Shown here: one piece after another, positions 53,701 through 60,045 of the stretch
How positions within the stretch are numbered: the first letter of the stretch is position 1
How the letters are laid out: every line of letters begins with the position of its first letter
Assembly (NCBI GenBank): GCA_009694965.1
Contig: SIBV01000002.1
Coordinates: 1-60,045 of the forward strand
Direction of reading: 5' to 3'
DNA from: Candidatus Zambryskiibacteriota bacterium
GTDB lineage: Bacteria; Patescibacteriota; Minisyncoccia; Phycocordibacterales; DATDWN01
DNA length: 60,045 nt
Notes under the pieces: model-generated
Database searches by the model: none
Told to the model about the DNA's origin: nothing
What the model saw: only the letters and a program-made list of their open reading frames with translations
Program-made: the position numbers and the translations under genes

Positions 53701-54038
53701 TGTATATTTCTGGGCATCCACTCGATTCATTCAAAGATAAACTGGAAGGAAAAGAAACTAATATTAAAAAAATAAAAGAAACTGCCAAGGAAAAAACTCC
53801 GGTAGTAATAGCAGGAATTGTTGAAGAGATAAGACCTGTTATGACTAAAAAGGGTGAGAAAATGATTTTCCTGAAAGTCGCAGATCTTACTGACTCGATA
53901 GATATGGTGGCTTTTCCAAAAATATTTGAAGAGTTTCAAGGAATTCTGGTTCCAGAGAGCTGTATTGTGATTAAGGGAACCATGTCACTGCGAAACGGAG
54001 AAAAATCTATTTTGATAGATAAGGTGAAAAGTATGTAG
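50793..54038 (+). CDS. dnaE: DNA polymerase III alpha subunit (DnaE type, N-terminal PHP domain)
   Basis: FTHLHTHSHYSLL PHP start, PDIDMDF catalytic motif, 1081 aa. Confidence 0.96.
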   Translation: MSRFTHLHTHSHYSLLNALPKIDALVDIAKKNDMKALALTDNCNLYGAIEFYIKCLKKEIKPIIGIDSYVAYRSRKDKESIDKERYRLVLLAKNDKGYKNLIQLVTLAHMEGFYYKPRIDKELLEKYSEGLIAIAPSFSSDIVKSLQLENIDQAMERLAFYKKVFGETDGEPNFFLEVTHHPEIKGHEENMKKLVDFAKKTNTPIVAAHDVYYLAKEDRIARETMIAIQSQNDDKIEDGEDDFSFITQKQAEKYFKNRPEALENVEKIVERCNLEISIGKWSLPNYIVESGLSYDDELRRITEEGIAKRSLTKTPEISERIEYELKIIKDKGYAPYFLVVWDLLNYAHQHGILTTIRGSVAGSLVTYLSNITNVNPIEYLLPFERFLNPERPSAPDIDMDFADNRRDEMIEYTKEKYGRDKVAQIGTFGTMAARGAVRDVTRALGFPYGVGDTIAKLIPMGAQGFPMTLERALKEEPELKKMYDAEPDVKKIIDMAKKIEGCTRHISVHAAGVVIAPTPLINYVPLQFDTKGDNKIITQYDMNDVGEDGVGLLKFDFLGIRNLSILADAVKLTEKLEGIKIDIENIPVDDKKTFEMLARGETEGLFQLNGDGMTRALKELKPTVIHDINVMVALYRPGPMDNIQEYIARKHGKKPVTYLHPKMKSFLDKTYGVLVYQDDLLYTAIEVAGYNWGEVDKFRKAVGKKIREEMAKQHIRFVDGCQSHGGMTKQKAEELWKLFEPFQGYGFNKAHAASYGKVAYQTAYMKANFPAIYMSAVLTAESGDTDTIAQIIAECKRMNIPVLPPDVNGSFEGFTVVKSNNEVRSTSDEKNPSNIVHRALNLDSIRFGLTTIKNFGEGVGTSIINERKKNGPFKSLTDFLKRIKDKNLNKKSMESLIKTGAMDAFGDRNLLLQNLEHILAFNKEERSKGSDQDSLFGASLNVQANDIKLEPAPAASQADKLMWEKELLGLYISGHPLDSFKDKLEGKETNIKKIKETAKEKTPVVIAGIVEEIRPVMTKKGEKMIFLKVADLTDSIDMVAFPKIFEEFQGILVPESCIVIKGTMSLRNGEKSILIDKVKSM

Positions 54039-54093
54039 CGTCATCACACTATCATTTTTTAAAACGTGTATAAATCGCTGTTGCGATTTTACT

Positions 54094-54168
54094 ATTCCTT
54101 ACAGGAACTGTACACCTTTCACATCTTAGTAAAGATGCTCAAGGTCTTGCGAAGCTGCGCTTCTCACT
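54094..54168 (+). repeat. family-2 element, copy 2c (3' of dnaE)
   Basis: CCTTACAGGAACTGTACACCTTTCACATC...GCTCAAGGTCTTGCGAA-[gctgcgc]-TTCTCAC. Confidence 0.75.
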
Positions 54169-54240
54169 CGTTAATCAAGAAAACAGTCTCCTAAATACAT
54201 AACCTTCTCGCAAACTCGCTCCCCACCACACGGGCACTAA

Positions 54241-54296
54241 CGTGCCTCTCGAGTACTTCAAATTTCTAATCGCTTCGCTCAAGAAATTTAGGTCGC
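54241..54296 (-). repeat. X element, copy 2 (inverted relative to 14284-14335)
   Basis: Reverse complement gcgacctaaatttcttgagcgaagcgattagaaatttgaagtactcgagaggcacg matches copy 1 at most positions. Confidence 0.7.
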
Positions 54297-54472
54297 TCAC
54301 ACAATGCTTCAGGTTTATTTTATCTTCGTCGTTGTTTTCTAATTTCCTGCGCAATGTTTTAAAAAATGATAGTTTGATTCAAGTGTGAAGATTTTGTAAA
54401 TTTGAAAGTTTATATAAAACAAAAGAGTCTCACGCAAACAGAGAATGAAACTCCCTTGCCTAAGACTCGTTA

Positions 54473-55474
54473 TTATCGGCAGACTCCACTGCCAGAATCG
54501 GAGAAAGAACCAGTAGCGGGTAGGAATCGGAACTCGTATGTTCTAGCCCCTAGCGCCACCACGGTTACTCCCCATGATGTGTTATTGAAAGCGACGCTAT
54601 TCTGTCGACGACGAAATAGTGGTCGTAACTCGGCTCCACCTGTTCCACTCACGATTTCTAAAACACCCTTCTTGTGGTCCAGTTCTTCGTTCGGACCTTG
54701 CGGCAGAAACCTTTCGTAGTTGTGATCGTGGCCCACAACAAGAAGTTCCACGTGGTGTTTGTAGAGGATAGCGAAGTCTTCCGTGACAGCACCAATGTTG
54801 CCCCCAATACCCGAAGAAAATCTTGGGTAGTGGAAGTAGACCAGAGTGCACGGTCGTGCGGAATTCGCGAGAAGGTCTTGTTCGAGCCATTGGAGGTAGG
54901 CGGTTTTCGCTCTACCCACAAGATTACTGTTTCCAGAAATCACGTGCCAGTAATCCCCTGGCGGATTCCAACTGTAGTAACCCAAGCCAGACAGCCCAGC
55001 CGCAGTTCCAAAGTAAGAGAAATAGCCGGATGCGCCTATGGTCTCATACTCATGGTTTCCTGGTGTTGGTCGAGTGAAAGCTTTCCAACGACCATAAACA
55101 GGATCGTAACAGTTGCGAAACTGTATCGCACTTCCTTGAAAGTAAACGATGTCTCCAATCGGTAGAAACATTCGACTCACTCCATCAAGTCCGAGACGAC
55201 CCAACAGTTCTCCAACATACTCATGGCCCTTTTTACCATTGAGTATGTTGTTATGACCTGGTTCACAGTTCGCAATATCCCCTGCGAAGTAATAAGTCAC
55301 CTGCGGCTGGAACATTGCGGGAGCAGGAACCGCTGTTTCTGTTGGCGAAACCGTAGTCACTACCACATCTGGTGTTGGATTTTCTGAGGGAGAACTAGGA
55401 GTCTTAGGATGGCTGCAATTCGTCGCAACCATTTGAAGGGTCACGACGAATATGGCGAACCATTTTTGTGCCAT
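54473..55474 (-). CDS. calcineurin-like metallophosphoesterase, probable lipoprotein, GC-rich island I
   Basis: Lipobox-like MVATNC after a signal peptide. GDI, GDIVY, GNHEY and GHDHNYER motifs. GAGAGGT SD 6 nt upstream of the ATG. Confidence 0.85.
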   Translation of the reverse strand: MAQKWFAIFVVTLQMVATNCSHPKTPSSPSENPTPDVVVTTVSPTETAVPAPAMFQPQVTYYFAGDIANCEPGHNNILNGKKGHEYVGELLGRLGLDGVSRMFLPIGDIVYFQGSAIQFRNCYDPVYGRWKAFTRPTPGNHEYETIGASGYFSYFGTAAGLSGLGYYSWNPPGDYWHVISGNSNLVGRAKTAYLQWLEQDLLANSARPCTLVYFHYPRFSSGIGGNIGAVTEDFAILYKHHVELLVVGHDHNYERFLPQGPNEELDHKKGVLEIVSGTGGAELRPLFRRRQNSVAFNNTSWGVTVVALGARTYEFRFLPATGSFSDSGSGVCR

Positions 55475-55494
55475 CTTAAAACCTCTCTGCCCTC

Positions 55495-55522
55495 ACAATA
55501 TGCTTAATATATAAAGTGTCAA
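55495..55522 (-). promoter_or_regulatory. sigma70-type promoter TTGACA-N16-TATTGT
   Basis: Minus strand: TTGACA (55517-55522) and TATTGT (55495-55500). Confidence 0.5.
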
Positions 55523-55562
55523 CGGCTATTTTCTTTTGCATAAAAAGTGTTACACTGAATAA

Positions 55563-56825
55563 ATGACAACAGATAACAATAAAGAAGATAGTGAAATGCA
55601 CGCTGGTGATCACAGAGTCATCGGCAAAGAATTAGGACTATTTACTTTTTCTGATACGGTTGGGAAAGGTCTCCCCCTCTACACCGAAAAAGGTGCTGCG
55701 ATCAGACGCGAGTTAGAAAGATTTATCGTGGACCTTGAAATCAAGCGGGGTTACAAACACGTTATCACACCGGACATTGCAAAGTTGGGTCTATATGAAA
55801 AATCAGGTCACTATCCTTATTACAAAGACACGATGTACGCACCTATTGTAATAGATGATGAAGAGTTTATGTTGCGACCGATGACTTGTCCTCACCACTT
55901 TGAACTTTATCTTTCAAAGCCTCACTCATACCGAGAGCTTCCTATGAGAATTGCTGAACTTGCAAAACTTTACAGATACGAGGCATCAGGAAATCTTTCT
56001 GGACTTGTCCGAGTTAGATCATTCTGTCTCGCTGACTCACATATTATTTGTGCCGACAAAGAACAAGCAAAGTTCGAGGTGGCTAGTGTTTTGGAACTTA
56101 TCGAAGAAGTGGCTGGGACATTCGGACTCAAAAAGGGAGAAGATTTCTGGTATAGACTATCTTTGGGAGACAGAAATGACGATAAAAAGTATGTAAAAGA
56201 CGATGCTTCTTGGGACGAATCGGAACAAGCCCTCCGAGAAGTCTTACAAAATACTGGCGTAAAATTTGTTGAAGCAAAAGATGAGGCCTCATTCTACGGA
56301 CCAAAGATTGATATCCAAATGAAAGATGTGCGTGGGATAGAAAATACCGCTTTTACAGTGCAGTACGATTTCGTGATGCCAAAAAGATTTAATTTGGTTT
56401 ACACAGCAAAGGACGGAGCAGAAAAACTAGTAACAGTTGTGCATCGATCAAGTATTGGAGCAATCGAGAGAGTAATGGCGTTTATTATCGAGAAATATGT
56501 GGGCGCTTTCCCTCTATGGCTTTCCCCTGTTCAAGTTAAAGTTATTCCTGTTAGAGAAAATCACAATGAGAAAGCTGAAGAAGTTTACAAAATGCTATTA
56601 GAGGCGGGTATCCGAGTTGAGTTCGACAACGCTGATGAAAATCTAGGAGGAAAAGTCCGTGACGCAAAGAACAACAAAATCCCTTACTGGATTGTCTTGG
56701 GTGATAAGGAAATAGAAGCCGGCAAGGTCACTCTTGAATCTCGTGATGCAGGACAACTCGGTCAAATGACAATGGAGGAGGTGCTCGCGAAGCTACAATC
56801 AGAAATTAAAGAAAAAAAAAGGTAA
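55563..56825 (+). CDS. thrS: threonyl-tRNA synthetase, catalytic + anticodon-binding domains only (no N-terminal TGS/editing region)
   Basis: Begins DHRVIGKELGLF, right at the class II core. RPMTCPHH, YRYE and FYGPKID motifs. 420 aa. Confidence 0.88.
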   Translation: MTTDNNKEDSEMHAGDHRVIGKELGLFTFSDTVGKGLPLYTEKGAAIRRELERFIVDLEIKRGYKHVITPDIAKLGLYEKSGHYPYYKDTMYAPIVIDDEEFMLRPMTCPHHFELYLSKPHSYRELPMRIAELAKLYRYEASGNLSGLVRVRSFCLADSHIICADKEQAKFEVASVLELIEEVAGTFGLKKGEDFWYRLSLGDRNDDKKYVKDDASWDESEQALREVLQNTGVKFVEAKDEASFYGPKIDIQMKDVRGIENTAFTVQYDFVMPKRFNLVYTAKDGAEKLVTVVHRSSIGAIERVMAFIIEKYVGAFPLWLSPVQVKVIPVRENHNEKAEEVYKMLLEAGIRVEFDNADENLGGKVRDAKNNKIPYWIVLGDKEIEAGKVTLESRDAGQLGQMTMEEVLAKLQSEIKEKKR

Positions 56826-56829
56826 TAAC

Positions 56830-57252
56830 ATGAAGATAATCTTCACAAACCATGCAAAATATCGCTTGATGGAGCGTAATATTTCTGCTGAAGTTGTAAG
56901 GCAAGTAATCAAATCTGGAGTGTAGAAAAGCGATAAATATGGTATGATGACATCAAGAAAAGTGCTGGGAAAAAAGAAGATAGTAGTGGTCCATAAAATA
57001 CAGGGAACAAATTATATTATAATAACTGCTTATTATAAAATTAATTACGACCAAACAGCTGATGCTGTATACATATCATTAAAAAAAGGGTCTATAAAAA
57101 AGACTGTGCATTTTTCTCCACTAGTAAACGCTGATTTAGATAAAAATGGTAAAGTTTTGGGTATTGAAATACTGAGTGCATCTTTGAAATTTTCAAAAAA
57201 GAAAAATGACTTTAAATCAGTTTTCAACATCCCAGTTTCAGTAACTGTTTAA
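56830..57252 (+). pseudogene. DUF4258-like toxin fused in frame to a DUF2283-like antitoxin, interrupted by one in-frame TAG (56923-56925)
   Basis: MKIIFTNHAKYRLMERNISAEVVRQVIKSGV-TAG-KSDKYGMM...IVVVHKIQGTNYIIITAYY-KINYDQTADAVYISLKKG...DKNGKVLGIEILSAS. One reading frame throughout. Confidence 0.5.
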
Positions 57253-57256
57253 TATT

Positions 57257-57493
57257 ATGAAAAAGTTATATAAAAGTAACAAGGATAAAGTTCTAGCTGG
57301 AATAATAGGTGGACTAGGAGAATACTTTGATGTTGACCCAACTCTTCTTCGACTAGCATTTATACTCCTAGTAGTTCTAACTGGAGTCTTTCCTGGCGTT
57401 ATAGGATACATAATCGCAGCATTAGTTGTCCCAAAGAATCAAAGTGTTCATCACGAAGCTCATTACACTGAACCAAGTTCAGAAACTAAGTAA
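57257..57493 (+). CDS. PspC-domain membrane protein
   Basis: KLYKSNKDKVLAGIIGGLGEYFDVDPTLLRLAF followed by a TM segment. Confidence 0.85.
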   Translation: MKKLYKSNKDKVLAGIIGGLGEYFDVDPTLLRLAFILLVVLTGVFPGVIGYIIAALVVPKNQSVHHEAHYTEPSSETK

Positions 57494-57502
57494 TTTAAAA
57501 AC

Positions 57503-57608
57503 TTTCAGATTTGGATGAAATCCGACGTGAGAAATTAAAAATGTGAGGAGCCTTACTCGTTGTAAGGTGACGAGAATTTTTAATTTGGGAACGAGGAGTT
57601 CGCCAAAG
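57503..57608 (+). repeat. family-1 structured element, copy c
   Basis: ...GTGAGAAATTAAAAATGTGAGGAG-CCTTAC-TCGTT-GTAAGG-TGACGAGAATTTTTAATTTGGGAACGAGGAGTTCGCCAAAG. Confidence 0.75.
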
Positions 57609-57615
57609 ATGGAAG

Positions 57616-59745
57616 TTATATATCGAGGGTTGCTTTGGTTGCGTTGGACTGGATAAAAGACTTTCTCGCCGGCACATCCGTTCCCATAAGCACATCAAAA
57701 ACCTTGTCCGCTACGGCAGTGCTCTCCACAGCCACTTGTTTAAGGATTCTTCGAGCAGGATCCATAGTTGTTTCCCACAACTCGTCAGAGTTCATTTCTC
57801 CGAGACCTTTGTATCTCTGAGTCGGAGGCAATTTATTTTTATTTGGTTTTTTATCTTTCTTTGCTTCTTCATCAGACTCCTCTCCTTCTTCTTCTGTAAG
57901 TTCAGTTTCTACTACCCCCTCAATTACATTTTTATTTATTTTAGATAAATCATAACCTAAATTTTTATATATACTATCTCTATCTGAATCAGAATATGCA
58001 TAAAAAACTTCTTTCCCAGATTTTATTTTATAAAGTGGTGGTTGAGCGATATAGACAAAGCCTCCATCGATAAGTGGTCGAAAGAATCGATAAAGCAAAG
58101 TCAAAATAAGTGTTCGGATGTGCGCACCGTCCACGTCCGCGTCCGTCGCTATAATAATTTTGTGATAGCGCAGTTTAGAAATATCGAAAGTATCTCCAAT
58201 CGCTGTTCCTAAAGCGATCACCAAGTTCTTGATTTGCTCTGATTCAAGCATCCGATCGAGTCGCGCTCTCTCAATGTTGAGAATCTTGCCTCGAAGTGGC
58301 AGAATCGCCTGTGTGCGTCTGTCTCTTCCAGTTTTCGCCGTACCTCCCGCAGAGTCTCCCTCCACAATAAAGATTTCTGATTCTTCTGCTGACTTTGACT
58401 GACAGTCCGCGAGCTTTCCAGGCAAAGTCATACCTTCCAACGCGCCCTTTCGTAACACAGAGTCTTTCGCTGCCTTCGCCGCCTTGCGAGCTTTGAGGGC
58501 CAAAACTACTTTGTTAATAATCGCTTTGGCGTCATCTGGATTCTCCTCCAAGAAATACATAAAAGCTTCTGAGAAAATAGTATTCACTGACCCCTGTGCT
58601 TCCACAGTTCCCAGTTTTCCTTTGGTCTGACCTTCAAATTGAATCTCGCGTAGTTTCACTGATACAACTGCCGTCAAACCTTCAAGCACATCTTCACCTG
58701 TAAAATTATCCTCACTTTCTTTAATTAAATTATTCTTGCGTCCGTATGAGTTAAGAATTCTCGTCAGTGCGGTTTTGAAACCAGTGACATGAGTTCCTCC
58801 TTCTGGAGTATTGATGTTGTTAGCGAAAGCAGAAAGTCTGCATGTAATGTCATCCACGTATTGGAGTGATACTTCCACTGATTCCCATTCGTTGGTTTTC
58901 TTTTCTACATAAAAAACATTTTTGTGAACAGGCTTTTGAGTACTGTTCATAAACTTCACGAGTGAAAGTAATCCTCCTTCAAAATAGAATGATAGTGATG
59001 GAACCTCCAGTTCTAATTCTCGGATTTTAAAAACATCCTCTTCTTTTATTTTGCCTGTGTACTGTGTTGCATCGATAACAGTAATGCGCAAACCTTTTAC
59101 AAGGTACGCTTGCTGTCGCATGTGGTCCATTACTCTATTTGGATTGAATTCGATGATTGGGAAAATAGCTGGATCTGGCTCAAACACGACTATTGTTCCA
59201 TTCTTTTTAGTTGAACCTATTTTTTTGACAAGGGCTTTTTTCTTGCCTTGTGAATACTCCTGCATATAAATGCCACCCTCTTTGTGAACAGTCACTTTAC
59301 AATAAATAGAAAGTGCATTTACCACAGATGCTCCCACTCCGTGTAGTCCTCCAGAAACTTTGTAACCTCCATCTTCACCTCCGAACTTTCCTCCAGCATG
59401 GAGGGTTGTCATAATAGTTTCAAGAGCAGAAACTTTTGTTTGTTTGTGAATATCAACTGGAATTCCTCGTCCGTTGTCTGTGACTCTAATTCTGTTTCCA
59501 GGAAGGAGTGTAACCTCGATATCATCGGCAAAACCACCCATGGCTTCGTCGCGAGAGTTGTCAAAAATTTCTGTAATAAGGTGATGTAGACCGTCGAGTC
59601 CTGTCGTACCAATATACATTCCAGGTCGCTTTCTAACCGGCTCTAGGCCCTCTAAAATCTGGATCGCACTAGCCCCGTAGGAGTCTTTGGTATTTGATTT
59701 CTTTGCTACATTATTATCTTGTTTTTTCTCTTCTTTCTTCGCCAT
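57616..59745 (-). CDS. gyrB: DNA gyrase subunit B
   Basis: YGASAIQILEGLEPVRKRPGMYIG, GGLHGVGASVVNALS, EGDSAGG, PLRGKILN, DADVDGAHI. Confidence 0.96.
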   Translation of the reverse strand: MAKKEEKKQDNNVAKKSNTKDSYGASAIQILEGLEPVRKRPGMYIGTTGLDGLHHLITEIFDNSRDEAMGGFADDIEVTLLPGNRIRVTDNGRGIPVDIHKQTKVSALETIMTTLHAGGKFGGEDGGYKVSGGLHGVGASVVNALSIYCKVTVHKEGGIYMQEYSQGKKKALVKKIGSTKKNGTIVVFEPDPAIFPIIEFNPNRVMDHMRQQAYLVKGLRITVIDATQYTGKIKEEDVFKIRELELEVPSLSFYFEGGLLSLVKFMNSTQKPVHKNVFYVEKKTNEWESVEVSLQYVDDITCRLSAFANNINTPEGGTHVTGFKTALTRILNSYGRKNNLIKESEDNFTGEDVLEGLTAVVSVKLREIQFEGQTKGKLGTVEAQGSVNTIFSEAFMYFLEENPDDAKAIINKVVLALKARKAAKAAKDSVLRKGALEGMTLPGKLADCQSKSAEESEIFIVEGDSAGGTAKTGRDRRTQAILPLRGKILNIERARLDRMLESEQIKNLVIALGTAIGDTFDISKLRYHKIIIATDADVDGAHIRTLILTLLYRFFRPLIDGGFVYIAQPPLYKIKSGKEVFYAYSDSDRDSIYKNLGYDLSKINKNVIEGVVETELTEEEGEESDEEAKKDKKPNKNKLPPTQRYKGLGEMNSDELWETTMDPARRILKQVAVESTAVADKVFDVLMGTDVPARKSFIQSNATKATLDI

Positions 59746-59971
59746 TTTTATGTGTTATTTATTGGACCATTATAGCAAAAACCCCTCTCTAAAACAAGCG
59801 AAAATTGACTTTGTTGTAGCCAATATCGAAGTCGAAATCAACGGTGAAAATGTGTATTTCCATCGCGAACTGGACCTGCCCTTACTACCGTCGAGCGAGT
59901 AGAATAGGATTATTAATTACGTGAAGACAGAAAGTTTTACATTGTTCCCGTAGCACTCCACCAAACGAAAC

Positions 59972-60045
59972 ATGAAGAAGAAGGTTGCAATATTTGATAT
60001 TGATGGGACCATTTTCCGCTCTAGTCTATTGATAGAACTGGTAAA
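59972..60045 (+). CDS. partial CDS, HAD-superfamily hydrolase N-terminus (runs off right edge)
   Basis: MKKKVAIFDIDGTIFRSS, with the DxDGT motif I of HAD phosphatases. Confidence 0.6.
   Translation, partial: MKKKVAIFDIDGTIFRSSLLIELV

Noticed and set aside
54402-55165. Plus- and minus-strand ORFs overlapping the metallophosphoesterase gene.
   Set aside because: The 54473-55474 frame carries the complete GDxxY/GNHE/GHDH motif set. The others are GC-related artefacts.
8728-57608. Could the family-1 repeats be integron attC sites and the GC-rich units gene cassettes?
   Set aside because: attC sites read RYYYAAC...GTTRRRY. The family-1 element has the GTT-type box (AGTTCRAGG) first and the AAC-type box (CAACG) last in either orientation. 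The islands carry their own promoters, unlike cassettes. They are in mixed orientations, and no intI or attI is present.
1-60045. CRISPR arrays, rRNA genes, transposases, integrases, and recoded stop codons (alternative genetic code).
   Set aside because: No regularly spaced direct repeats, no rRNA-like conserved strings and no recognisable transposase or integrase motifs were seen. TAA, TAG and TGA all terminate well-conserved genes at the expected lengths, so the standard code 11 fits.

Overview
The window is an AT-rich, tightly packed bacterial chromosome segment. It is dominated by minus-strand information-processing genes: rpoB-rpoC-dnaG-rpoD, gyrB, dnaE, typA, hisS, thrS, truB, trmD, rpsP, rpmF, rnr, rnc, rnhB, a nusB-NUDIX fusion, smc, lexA and uppP. 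The fused or truncated housekeeping genes, the absence of Shine-Dalgarno (SD) motifs and the intron-bearing tRNA suggest a reduced-genome lineage such as CPR/Patescibacteria. That assignment is inference only. No rRNA, CRISPR array, transposase or integrase was seen. Three things stand out. (1) About ten visibly GC-richer, 'moron-like' units (self-contained expression units) sit between backbone genes. Each has its own GGAGG-type SD, and most have a near-consensus TTGACA-N16-18-TAnnnT promoter and a GC-hairpin terminator. The housekeeping genes have no SD at all. (2) At least four families of structured intergenic repeats fill almost every spacer. They show compensatory base changes in their stems, and one family shows a strong strand bias. 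(3) A tRNA-Asn(GUU) is split in the anticodon loop by a ~242-nt group I intron. All coordinates come from hand indexing. All family assignments come from motif recognition, not from searches.
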